A stretch of DNA of 64,000 bases, taken from NCBI RefSeq assembly GCF_964204645.1, contig NC_134031.1:4092001-4156000 (forward strand). The letters run 5' to 3'. A program made the position numbers and the translations under genes. Each line of letters starts with the position of its first letter. The stretch's first letter is position 1. Origin of the DNA: Tubulanus polymorphus. Lineage: Eukaryota > Animalia > Nemertea. Below are positions 32,690 through 44,730 of the stretch, piece after piece. Under the pieces are notes generated by a model. That model was not told the origin of the DNA. It searched no databases and saw only the letters and a list, made by a program, of their open reading frames with translations.

Positions 32690-33189
32690 CACAAATCACG
32701 AAATTAGATATAAGTTTTACCATGTGAACTAGATCATTTTGTACATCGAAAAAAATCAGAAATGTTTCTTACGGTCCCTACTGATCCGTCAATCCGGAAT
32801 ATAAGGCGTTTTAAAACATTTCATATTTCAAGGAAGCCTTTGCATCACTTTTATATCCCAATTACGGTAGATGCGCCCTACGGTTTATATCAGTAAACCG
32901 GTAATTTGGGGGGTTTCGTAGGCAAATTTCTATCCTTTATCCTTTAGTAGGTGGCGTAACCGTACCTGACTGAAAGCGTAAAATCGCCCGGGTTACTGCG
33001 ACTCCGACGGAACAGAAAACTACCATCGAATCCGCGATCCGACAACAACATCTCGGCATCGACCCCGGAGATATTCGGATGAAATATCCGACTCGCGATC
33101 CTGAAAACCAAAAAATAAAAAAAAACAGATAGAAGATAAAACAAAAAGGTAAATAACATTTCCTGAGATTACCGGAGATTATCTTACAT
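22519..33189 (-). CDS. PTPN11: Tyrosine-protein phosphatase non-receptor type 11 (SHP2/corkscrew)
   Basis: Core exons: 33100-32966, 31474-31280, 30667-30505, 30191-29964, 29357-29261, 29073-28994, 28262-28116, 28016-27864, 27636-27482, 27340-27273, 26180-26029, 25536-25361, 23359-23216. Two SH2 domains, [39 protein letters not shown], tail YTNI. The start (AT|G at 33189-33188 + 33100) and the last exon (22549-22519, or alternatively 21862-21709) are less certain. Confidence 0.95.
23398..23453. repeat. (AAT)n microsatellite
   Basis: Directly visible AAT run upstream of a PTPN11 acceptor. Confidence 0.9.
24752..25399. promoter_or_regulatory. Cluster of CTCF-like motifs
   Basis: CAGCAGAGGGCGCC (24752), CAGCAGGGGGCACT (24806), CAACAGGGGGCACT (25191), ACCGGGGGCACT (~25234), CCGGTAGGTGGCAG (25260), CCACCAGGTGGCGA (minus, 25305-25318), CCTAGGTGGCGCC (~25387). 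Confidence 0.55.
24824..25113. mobile_element. CAGGGTGGCCAC-TIR MITE (Tc1/mariner-like)
   Basis: TA|CAGGGTGGCCAC...GTGGCCACCCTTG with internal TTCCCTGA repeats. Near-identical copy at 25681-25920; others at ~35041, 35685-35946, ~36000-36300, ~42650-42846, ~6500-6790, ~30270-30400, ~32150-32300. Confidence 0.7.
25681..25920. mobile_element. CAGGGTGGCCAC-TIR MITE
   Basis: CAGGGTGGCCA...TGGCCACCCTG termini; internal sequence shared with 24824-25113. Confidence 0.7.
29615..29952. repeat. 21-bp minisatellite (CTTAGCCATACTATCTACAAC unit)
   Basis: About 16 tandem units in the PTPN11 intron, directly next to the 29964 donor. It explains the repetitive ORFs on both strands. Confidence 0.95.
32630..32686. 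repeat. (AT)n microsatellite
   Basis: Pure AT dinucleotide run. Confidence 0.95.
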
Positions 33190-34164
33190 TTTTACTGAAA
33201 GAAGTTAAGCGAGTAACATCCGAAGACAAGGTTCACTAGTCGATATATATATATATATATATGAATAAAATAAGTCTGAAAAACTTGCTCTATATAGCCG
33301 TGTATACACCGCTACGTATTGATATAATATAGCTCCCGCATGAATACACAATTTGAATACATCGTCGACAGAAATACCCAACCTGAAAACCTTTTCTTTT
33401 TTTTTTACATAACCGGAATTCGTTTCGTCAATTATAATCGAGTCCGAATGAACGACTTCTTTTTTACCGCGATTGTTCGCCCCGTATTCGGGATTTTTTC
33501 TATTGTCGATTTCATCGATTGATTTTTCGAGTCACAGAGGGCAAAAAAGATTCGAGCCATTCGCGAATATTAACCCCCTCGACATGCTTTCGTTTGTGGA
33601 ATGTTTGTCGAACTAAAGTAGTGCTTTCAAATGAAGAGACACCTGCATCAATCCTTTGTTGAATTGAATTTTGTTCACCGAAAAAGGGAAGTATCAAATT
33701 GTATCGAAACAGACGAGGAAGCACCTGGAATTTGTTTTCTCTTTTTAGGAAACTGACAATGATGCGCGATCAATGCATGACTAAAAATCATGCGAAATAT
33801 CCTAGGGCTCGGATTTATAACGAGCAGGCTCGACGAAATGAAAAAAGCGGTAATCACTGATGGAAATAAGAATAGTCCGATGAAATTTAGATTTTAAGGT
33901 TTATTTCAGAAACCGAATTTTTTCCACCGGCCTAAACGCTTGAACCGACACGAAATTGAAAACTTGAAAAAGTAGCATTGAAAAGAATTCCAAGCGAAAA
34001 ATACGCGATATACTGACTGCACAGTAAAATATAGACTACTGCTGTGCTCGGTGGTGCTCTATGATTCACATGATGCTGGCAGTTTCAGTATATTATAAAA
34101 AATTAAACGTTATGAAATGAATCATCAGTGTGTGGGAATTGTGCGTTATTATTACATGATGCAA

Positions 34165-34473
34165 ATAGAGAGGAGAGGAAAGAGAGGAGAGAGGAAAGGA
34201 GAGAGGAAATAGGAGAGGAGAGAGGAAAGAGGAGAGGAGAGAGGAAAGAGAGGAGAGGAAAGAGAGGAGAGGAGAGAGGAAAGAGGAGAGAGGGGAAAGA
34301 GGAGAGAGGAAATAGGAGAGGAGAAAGGAAAGAGGAGATGAAAGAGGACAGGGAGAGAAGAGAGGTGAGGACAGAGGAAAAAGGAGAGTAGAGGAGAGGA
34401 GAGAGAGGAAAGAGAGAGGAGGAAAGAGGAGAGAGAGGTAAGAGAGAGGAGGAAAGAGGAGAGAGAGGAAAAA
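34165..34473. repeat. Polypurine (GGAGA/GGAAA)n tract
   Basis: ~300 bp of almost pure A/G on the plus strand, upstream of PTPN11. Confidence 0.95.
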
Positions 34474-34675
34474 GATCGAATCATTTCATAAATACATAGG
34501 CCTACACTAAACAACCCACATCACTGTTGATTAGATACAACCGACCGTCAAAAATATACATATAGGCTACATATGTTCCGGTATGATATACTTTTGATAG
34601 GCTATAAAATCATGTTTGTTGATTTGCGTCATAACATAAACAGAATAATCAGAATAATGAAACTGGCTTCAAAGC

Positions 34676-35008
34676 CAGGCTCAGGTCGACTAACGACCCG
34701 ATCAGATGGTCCTAACAATAGCGTCAGCTAGTACGCGCATCACCGCATTTGCCACGCGATCTTTAGAGAACTCACGTCGACTAGATCGTCGCTGAGTCTA
34801 AAAATCATGTAACGCAATACTCATCGCTGATTGGCTACAACGTTAAGATTGGTCATAGAAAATTGAACTTGTTCTATGCTCATGATTTGGCTTAAGATCA
34901 GTCTGTGATAGACCAGTCGCGGTCGTAAACTGATGTCGAAATGGTTTGCTAAAAAATTGCTGACTCGCCTCCTATCGATCTGATCAGATCTAAGTCGACC
35001 TGAGCTTG
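34676..35008. mobile_element. Inverted-repeat element
   Basis: CAGGCTCAGGTCGACT (~34676) and AGTCGACCTGAGCTTG (~34993) are near-perfect reverse complements. Confidence 0.5.
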
Positions 35009-35684
35009 ACTGAAGGCATCAAAGTTTGGACCATCTTAATCAGGGTGGCCACTTTTATTTGACTTGCTTTTTAACTGCAGCGACTTTCCCCCTGACATGC
35101 GCGTTGTTTTCCCTGACTTGATCTGCTAAGAATCTGACACAGTCAAATATGTAAGACATAGACGGAAACTGTTTGATTTTATGCACGGTTTAGCAATCTC
35201 AACATCAATCTAGCTATCTTTCCCTGACTTTTCCCTGATTATTAGCTTTTTCGTTACAAAATTCACTGACTATTCCCTGACTCTTTTTAAGATAATAAAA
35301 TTCCCAGACTCCAAAACTCCCAGTTGATTTCCATTCATTTGTAAATGAAAAACAAAAAAAGTTTCTGGACAAAATGAAGATTGTGAAAATCGACTGACGA
35401 TGTAAATTATTCATAGCCGCTTAAAAAAGATTATTTAGTGCTTTCTTTGAAATATTTCATTTACCGTACCAAACTTGCGACAAAACTTGCCCTCAAGATA
35501 CATTAGAAATCAAATGATTCAACGACCTTAACGAGATTAATACTGATGTAAATGTGACCAATATTTATTGAGTAAATATCGCACTAAGTGATGTGTACTA
35601 ACAATCCTTGTTTAAATACATTTTATCATGCCTTTCATGTTCAATGGGATTAGTTCATAGTGACAAATCATAGACCATGTATAA

Positions 35685-35946
35685 CAGGATGGCCACTTTT
35701 ATTCGACTTGCCCCTTCCCTGACATGCGCGTTGTTTTCCCAGACTTGATCTGCTAAGAATCCAACCAATGAACACAGTCAAATACGTAAGACATAGATAG
35801 AAACTGATTATACGCATGATCTAGCTATCTCAACGTATTTCCCTAATTTTAAGGTTTCCTATTTTTACAAAATTCCACGACTAATCCCTGTTTTTTTTTT
35901 TTTTCAGAAAGAGAATTCCCTGACTTCCAGGTAAGTGGCCACTCTG
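35685..35946. mobile_element. CAGG(A/G)TGGCCAC-TIR MITE
   Basis: CAGGATGGCCAC...GTGGCCACTCTG|TA; internal block shared with ~35041-35320 and ~42650-42846. Confidence 0.65.
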
Positions 35947-37458
35947 TAAGTTTAAGAGCCATATGAAATCACCAGATGATTTCCTATTGTTCACGTCAGT
36001 GTAGCCACTTTCCGCCAATTTTACAAATTCCCTGATTTTCCGTGTTAGGCCTATATCACTTAATTCTCCTGAGTGAATTGGCAGGTGATTGGAGAAATTT
36101 ATTGGTTTAAAAAGTTAATTTATTCATTTTCCACGAATTAAGTTGATAAGGAAAGGCTTCGTCAATAGCATATCCAAATTCCCTGAGTTTCCAGGTTTTT
36201 TTGCAAAATTTGTCAAATTACTCAAGGTTTTCCGCAATATTTTCTAGATTTTTCCGATTCCTTGAGTTTTCCGGGTTTTCCCCCCAGTCATTGGCCATTC
36301 TGCTAATGGGTCCAACCCGACAATCGATACCTGCCAATTTATTGTGAAATACCAATAATGTCTATTACCACTGCAAAAATGACCGTACTATTAGGCTTTT
36401 GGTATCAATAAGTTGTCACCTATTGGTCTAAATTTGCAGTAACCAATATGCTGAGCCGATTGGATACTACAGGTATTCCGATTGAAGAGGTTACCGGAAT
36501 AGGAGAAAGAAGACGAACGAAACGAACATGGCATAAAAAGCCGACTGTCAGTCTGGTTGCGGCGCTGGAGCCACGAAATTTTGTTAATGAACTGTCTTGG
36601 TGTAAACAAGGATCGTAGAGCAACATTGCACGGATACAACCACTTCTAGGACTGGGTGAATTACATGTAAACAGAGCACAGCGAAACCTAACATAGCTCG
36701 CTCAGACTACTTTTATTTATTTTAGGCCCGAAGATTCGACTTATTCAGATCGATGTTTAAATAAATTGACACCGGGTCAGTGGAACCAGTTACGAATATC
36801 AATTAGTTCAATGATTAAATCGGCGCGATACTCACCGGCGACTACTCATTTCACTACTTAAACCTAACTACTAATCGAACTGGAAGAAATAAATGAAGCG
36901 ACATTATTATAGACGACAGGAGCCAGGATCCGGACTTAACATTATCCGCCGGTATATTGAAAATTCGGATATGGACTTTATAAAAGAACCGGACAGGTTA
37001 CTATCCTCGATTGCCACAGTAGGCAATGTACTTTAGTTTTCAGTTTTTTAGGCTTAAATAGCCCACACAGAAAGCTACTTTTCTTTCTCTTATAATTTGT
37101 GCTTAAAAAAATTGTAAATTTATTGTTAGTTTTTCTCTCCCATTTAATCTCTATATAGCCCGTCTTGCTCTCCATTATGAATTTGAGCTTGTCGCAAACT
37201 TTTGGCAAACCAAATGAATGAATCTCAATTTGATTCAAGCTCAATGGAAGGAACATAATCGTTGGTAGTGAACCTTTTATAACCAGTTGGGCTGTCAGAA
37301 AATATCCGATCATGAACCCTAAAACAGTCAACTGCAATCCTATCCAATCTGAGTAGAAAGCCCGGTCACAAAAGACGATACAGCAGATTTATAAACAAAC
37401 AATTTTATTCTATACAGGCTTTGAAAAATACATGATTTTTGGGGGTTCCTCACGAAAA

Positions 37459-40400
37459 TTATCTTTTGGGCCACTGAGATTTATTGTTACTCGCACCAAA
37501 CTTCGAATATGTGAGACTTTTTTTCCCGCTGTTGCCGCGTCCTCTAAAACTCTACAAAATACATCAGAAGTACAAGTTAATTAACCTTTCTCAGCGGTTT
37601 TTTATGAAAACTGTTAGATTACCGGGTAGGTCTTACCTTCGTAGATTTGCCTTTTCCTTTTCGATCTTTCTTTTTACCATCACTCGTTTCTGATTGGAAA
37701 AAGAGAACATTTCTGAATCATTAAATTACTGCAACATTATAGCTACTGAATCGCAACACATTTTTAAGAAATGCCACCAGTTCCACAGTTCTGAGTTAAG
37801 ATTTGACTTTGAAAATGTACTAATTTTAACTCAAAGTTAACTCTGCCTTATGACTGTAGAACTGGATCCCGGTTATTCTACATAACGTGTCTTACCTTCA
37901 AAAACCTTCATATCAGCTTTGCCATAATCGAATGCTTTGAATTCTTTCAGCTTTTCTTTTACAACATCAAGGATTTTCGACCGTTTCACTAAACCTTTAA
38001 CCGTTTTATTTGTAGTACTACAGGATGCCTTTTCATCTTCAGGCGGAGGTGGAATTTTTCTTTTCGGGGCAGGCTTCATCTATGTTTGAATGCAAAGACA
38101 TGTATAGAAATTAATATACAGAGATTGTTACTTGCTTCCTTCATCTCAATCCAACATATTCCCTGAATCAACCAGCAGCGGACAAACTCAGCCTCACAAA
38201 TGAATGCGACTATAGTTTGTAGCATAAACAGAAATACCAATGTAATTCAGCGGCTAAATCTACATACCTGGCTCTTCAGTGAATCTTTAACCGATGCAGT
38301 ATTATCAGATTTCTCCGACTCTATAGAAAAATATAAATCGAGGATACATGAAATGCGGCTTGAAATGAAGAGAAATCATTATCATTATCACTATTATCTA
38401 ATTCTCTGCATTGCACATCTTTGGATTCGAAGCACTGACATGCAGCGACATGAACAGTCTGACTGCTAAATGAAAATAAACTATTGTTCTGAATATATTG
38501 TATTCGAAATCAAATACCTTGTACTATCAATGTATCATTCGGACACCTCGTGGCTACTGCATCTAAATAAGAGCCCCATTTCGATTTAATCTGTGAAGAA
38601 ACATAAAAATACGTTTTATCGAAATTTCTATGAAGTTTTTTTACAAAAGAGAGGGAGAGTATATTCACATCATTAATCTGTTGATTCCAGGTATTTTCCG
38701 GTGTCTTAGCTTCAAGTTTTAGTTTCGGCTCTTTGATCCACTCTTCTGCTAATCGTGGTTTCTGGTATTTTTCGAATGGACTGTTTAAAGACTTCATGAT
38801 ATTCTCTACTTTTTGTTGAGCCGCAGTCAATGTTCCTTCCCGACACTACAAACATGCAACAAGCAATCAGTCAGTTGATATATCGCAGCTGTGTTTCGTT
38901 AACTGTGTCATATTTTATTTATCTAATGGCCCCACCACTAAACGGATCAAATCCAAGAACAGCTAGTTAGTCAAGACTCAACCCCATGCGGGTCAAAAAC
39001 AGCTCCAAGTTGTTTTAAGCCTTGGACCGCATAGGATCATTGGTACCAAGGTTCATCTGGATTATATATTCACTATAAGACTTATTATAGCGGTTTGAAG
39101 TAAAAGTTGACGGATGGAATGATGAGGGAGAATCCCCTAAACCATCAGCTCCACGCAAGTTTTGTCACAGCAGAGCTAGAGAATTATTAAATCAATTAAT
39201 GCACGAACTAGATTATACTAAGACGTAGAAAAAGTTCCAACAAACCTTGCTCAGTGCCTCAAATATTGAAGTCGCTTTGGAATAATCACCTAAACCATTC
39301 TTCTCCGGAAATAAGTGGCATTTAGTAGCTACCAACGAAGTATCTATTGGATAAAACAAAAGAGACTTCTTAATACACTTTTCCAAGCTCAATACATAAT
39401 GATTTTTCACCAGAGAGTTACTAACCAATGCTTAAACTGAGGCGATCGACAATGTCTCCGATCTCGGGATGGCTTGTATCGTGATTACAGTGTAACATAC
39501 TAGAATCATATTTTGGGTGTTGAGTTTTCGTTGGTTGAATTTGATTCTTCGTTGCTTCTACCTACAAAACACGAATGATCCAGTGAATTCTCGGTCATGA
39601 AAAATTTGAAGCATAAAACAGTTAAATTTGACTGCTTTAACAAACATGAAGTAACAAAATGCAGCATGTGAGATGGGTCCGAATTTTGGCAAAGCTATAA
39701 AAAGTTCAGACTATACTAACCCTGAGTAGCGTTACGTCACGAGCGTCAAGAATGATTCGGTGTAGTTCAGCGATGTATTGCCTAACTAATGGGGGTATCG
39801 GATTGCAGCACGCAAGTATACCCTGACTTTCTCTGAAATGAAAAAGATAAGACATTGAAATATACCCTTAGATTTCTCATTGATCAGCTGCGTTCTGCTG
39901 ATACAGGGAAACACAAGATTGATTTGCGATCCTTTTTTGGCGACTCAAAATGCACAGGTCTTTACATGACGAATTACCTGGGTAAGAATTCAGCTATCTG
40001 CAGCAGCATATGGTTGGGTAAGACATAACCGGTGCTTTCATCTTCCAATCTGGCCACGTTGTCTCTCCATTCGAACAAACCTCGTAGTCCGGCCATTTGT
40101 TGCGAATTCAGAACCTTGCGACTTTTCAGATAAACTTTCTGAACATCATTTTCAGTACAAGTCGGTTTCTCATATGTCTATAGAACATAAAGCAAATAAC
40201 ATATTACCTTTCAGTATACGTATTTCTTGTCAATATGCATGACAGAAAGTAACCAATATCCGAGGAAATCTTGGAATGAACTTCATACCTTCAGACAGAT
40301 ATCTTTACTACGGTCTATGACTGCAATGATTAGGTTATTATTCGAATTTCCACGTTCCAGTAACAACTTCTTCAAACGATCGTAAATATACAACAAATAT

Positions 40401-43400
40401 CTCGTATCTTCGCGGGCGTAATGTAACAGTTCATTCGGTAGTGGTCTGAAATACAGTAGAGCTCACGTTCAATTGTTACAGAGCTAACTTGCACGCCTAA
40501 ATAACATACATATGGTAAAATGCATTGGAAATCAATCCAATTTCATCATTTTCATATATTTTTCATCATAAAAGTGATAAGGTTAGGAAACAGCTTTTAG
40601 ACAACCTTCTGACTACTTTTTCAAAAGGGAACATTTATTCATTATACGTACGCATGAAATTTTTTTTCAACCCCCCCCCCCCTGTATGCAAAATCGGCCA
40701 TTTTTTTCATACACATCAAGCATTACAGTTCGAAATTTAACTTACCCCTCCTCCTCCCCCTCCCCTAATGCGTATGTAATAAATGAATGATCCCAAACTA
40801 AATCATCCGCACACTCCTATTATACTCCAGTACTGAGCAAGTTGGTAAATAACTTTCACTAATCTCAGCATGCGATCAATTTGGTGAAACTACATGTCCT
40901 AAACTCAGTGAAGAGTCATCTTTATTCGAAGTTCCACTGACTTATGTCTAATGAACAGTTCATCATCTTACCTGATTCTCCAGTCAGCAAGTTGATATTG
41001 TTTATCGGCCTCAACGTTACAGAAATACTGCAGTAAATAGGCGAGCGAATGGCGCGGGAAACCGAGTAATCGCGAAGCTTGTCCTGTATCAAACATGTTC
41101 ACTAGATATAACCCGAAATCTCTCTGTAACCAAATCACATCGCTGTCTGCACCGTGTAATACCTGGAAAATAACGAAAACTTTGACGATGGAGATAAACT
41201 AGGAAAATTTGATAAAACAGTTGAAACTCAAAAGTGATCACACTTTTGTGTCCTATCATACTGTACAACTTCGACCGCATTGACATAAATATCATCATTG
41301 GTTTCACAGCAAGAGAACGTCTGAAATAAGAACAATCGCGAGTAATACGTACTTTGACTATTTTTGGATCGGTGAAGACGTCATTTAATAAATGCATTTC
41401 TGATCTCAAAGCGAGCGTGTCGACGACCCAATCTTCATTACGAGTCGAAATCTGCATCAAACACGTCAAACCTTGATACGAACGATACGTGTGAGCCTGT
41501 GAGAAATAAATATAGCATTCGCACAACTAAGACATCGTTTCATCAATATAGTACAAGAATCCGATAGAATACAGTTCAAATGTGCTCATTCTTCTGGTAC
41601 TATCGCAATTGACCTATCTCTTAATTTTCCTTGGATAGAAATGATACATGAGCCACAACTAGCCATTTAAATTCAAGATGGAGACAGGCAACATTGATGT
41701 GTTCTGCCTAAGGCTTCAATCGCTTTCACAAAAAGTGAGAAAGTTTTTTATGTAACCCAGTCCAGGACTATCCTGTATTGTACAGGGTTGCATTCAAATT
41801 CACACGTTTTATATCATTTACTACGGTGTTCTTCAAAGTATCGATATTTTAAGTTCTTTTATGATTCGACCAAAATCTAAGGAACTGGTTGAGTCATCAA
41901 CCTTTTACCTCTAAATCAATGGCAATTTCAGTTTGAGTTTTCAAGTGCTCGCACAATTCCTTCAGTTTCGCTTCAGTTTCAACATATGTAAATTGCGTTT
42001 CCTCGACACTACTGGGGAACTGCAATAAACAGAACACGATATCAAATTTTATTTCATCGAAACGATGTCTTTGACATCTTATCTACAATGTTTAAAACAG
42101 CTGAGAGATCTTACCTGAGGTTCTTCGAGTTGAAGTTGTTGCGCAGTTGGTTTAAAGTTCTCAAGCTCAAACTGATAAGGATTTAAGAAGCTGAAATATA
42201 AATAGATCAAATTAATAAACATTTCGAACATTTCCAAACACTGACTTGAACAATTTGGCAAATCTATTGAAAACTTACGATTTGTATTCGAAATCTACAT
42301 CATTCACATCAAGATCGCAGACATCTTTTATCAATAAACTCTCTGAAAGGAACACAATTAAATTTGACTAAAATTTCCTGAGCCGAATCAGAATAGCCAT
42401 TTTATGTTGGATATATCACATACCTGTCAACGATTTCAATGCATTAGGTTTCGTTTTTAACCGAGGCACGAACGGAACATTTCTGTTGTCGACTTTCTCC
42501 TTGAATTTAGTCTGTGGTCGTTGAACGAATCGCGCCGTTAACAAACGGAAATTTGAATTCTTCGACGTTGGAGTTTTCTGAAAGCATACAATAGCAACAC
42601 TCATTTATTAAAGTTCCATACATTTATAGTTATTTGATTTTTGCTTCTTCCCTTTCCCTGACAAACATGTTGTTTTCCCAGACTTTATCTGCTAAAAATT
42701 CAATCAATTAACACAGCCAAATATGAAAGACATATCGGTACACGGAAACTGATTTTACACATGATCTAGCAATAGCTGACTTTCCCCTGTATCTGAGGTA
42801 TTTTACAAAATTCTCTCACTTTCCCCTGATTTCCAGGCCACCCTGTAGTTTAGTTTGGTTTGTGTATATTTCTGTCTGATCGGTACAAATTTGCAAAATA
42901 TCTTGAAAATCTTTTTTCTTGAATATACACACTAGATTGAAAAATCAAAATAACCAACTCCAGTAAAACTTTCTTCCAATGATGAAAATATCTTACCTTT
43001 TTATTCCAACTTGCATTAGTCGGAGTCTGTTTAGGAGTCAAACTAGCGATAACTAACGGCGTTTCTTGTTTCTTTATTCCGGATGCTTCGTCCAGCAGTG
43101 TACCCTTAAAAGGCAGTAGAATTAAGTCAATTTTTTATCAAAACTAAATAGACTATGAGCTGCTATCATCACGGGCCCTGAGTCTTTCCCGGATATAAGT
43201 AGTTTGAAAGGTGAACATTTTTTCAAGTATCTGCATTACTTTATTATCCCAAATATGTCAGTAGACTCTTAATCAGTATCTTGGTAAACCGATAATTTGG
43301 TGGTTTTATAAGCACATGTTTATCCTTAACTCAACTAACAAATTCTCTTTCTAATTCCGTCACTGTCTAATAGGGTATTACCCTATTAGACAGTGCCTGA

Positions 43401-44411
43401 ATTAGAACCAGAATCTGTTTATAACTGTAACTTAAAGATTCTGGTTCCAACTGTACTAATTTAGGAGTAGTCTAAAGTACAACTTCTAATTGCCTATTTC
43501 TCAAAATGGTCAAGGGACTGTGTATGTATGTACTAACCACTCGTTCTAATAACTGATCATTAGCGTCGACGATCGCGTCAAATTTATCTTCGATATTTTT
43601 GTGGTTGTTCACGGTTAAACTTCCCTTCAACGCCTGGTGTTTCATAATCGATTGCATCCTGTATAAAAACGAGAAGAAAATCAAACCCATAATCGACAAA
43701 CATTGGGAAAAAACACAGAACAGCAAAACAATATAAGGCTCATTATAGGGGGAAGCAGAACGAAACGAAATATTCTCACAATATTAAGGTTTAGTTCTAC
43801 AAAAAAAACACGTTTTCTTACATATCTAAGATACGTTTTCCTTCTATGTCCATCAAATCACGGAATCCTTCGAAGCTTGAATAGTAATCAAAATCATCGC
43901 CATGAGCCGGCAGGTCATTCGATGACTTGATCGCTCGCATGACTCCAGATAATGCATGCTAAAATGAAAATCAAGATAACTGTACATTGACTATCCCACA
44001 CAACAGGCCTGGTTGATGGATACGGGCCGGCCCAAGGTCAAGCACCAAAATAAAAAAGCATTCAAATAGTAAAGATCCTAAATAGTGTCTTCTTTGGAAA
44101 CGTTTCAGGAATCGGGCCCTAGTCAGGTTGAGCTACATTTTATTCACACTATATTATGACAATTGGCCGAACTATATTTTACGAGCGTAAAAAACCCAGA
44201 CTAATCAACAAACTACAAATCATCAATTTCCCTCCAGTTTAAAAAATTGATCGCGAATATTGACCTGATCTATCGGACAATGAACGTAGAATGAACGTTA
44301 AAATACCTGTGAAAATTCCGTAACACTTTTAAATCCGGGCAAAAACTCATCGTCTTCGTTTTTCATTTCCACACTTTTATTTTCCACGTTGGATTCGGAG
44401 GAGGACGCCAT
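37459..44411 (-). CDS. EXOSC10: Exosome component 10 (RRP6/PM-Scl100), DEDD-Y 3'-5' exonuclease
   Basis: About 21 exons: 44411-44307, 43958-43822, 43658-43538, 43104-42997, 42577-42424, 42342-42279, 42190-42115, 42019-41909, 41496-41353, 41162-40972, 40445-40289, 40177-39978, 39832-39721, 39561-39426, 39343-39246, 38845-38669, 38590-38518, 38320-38268, 38079-37896, 37689-37637, 37551-37459. PMC2NT (DDFDYYSSF), [41 protein letters not shown] ([16 protein letters not shown]), C-terminus WPKR. Confidence 0.95.
43361..43395. repeat. Near-perfect palindrome (17-bp arms, 1-nt spacer)
   Basis: CACTGTCTAATAGGGTA-T-TACCCTATTAGACAGTG, with imperfect extension over ~43343-43413. Confidence 0.9.
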
Positions 44412-44730
44412 TTTATAATATTACGTTTCGGACGCGGCAACGGCCTCGGAGCCGCCCTCATTCCACGCCAATCAATGCAATTAACTTAACTATATTACGT
44501 CAGATATAAACAAACTGAAAACCTAAACAAAACTTAAAGTTATTAGGCATATTATACTTTTCTAACGATATATTAGCTATTTGTAGATAGGAAACACGAT
44601 AGGTAAAGTGCACAACCTACTAAATTTAGAATATTTTTCTTCATTTGGACTCTGGTAGAGAAAATAGGCCTAGTGGAAACTGAAAAAAGATGGGGCCTCC
44701 AATCCAGGCTAACTAACATTTCAGTATCTC

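Noticed and set aside
34128-34514. Glu/Arg-rich and Ser/Leu-rich ORFs
   Set aside because: Artefacts of the GA-rich simple repeat.
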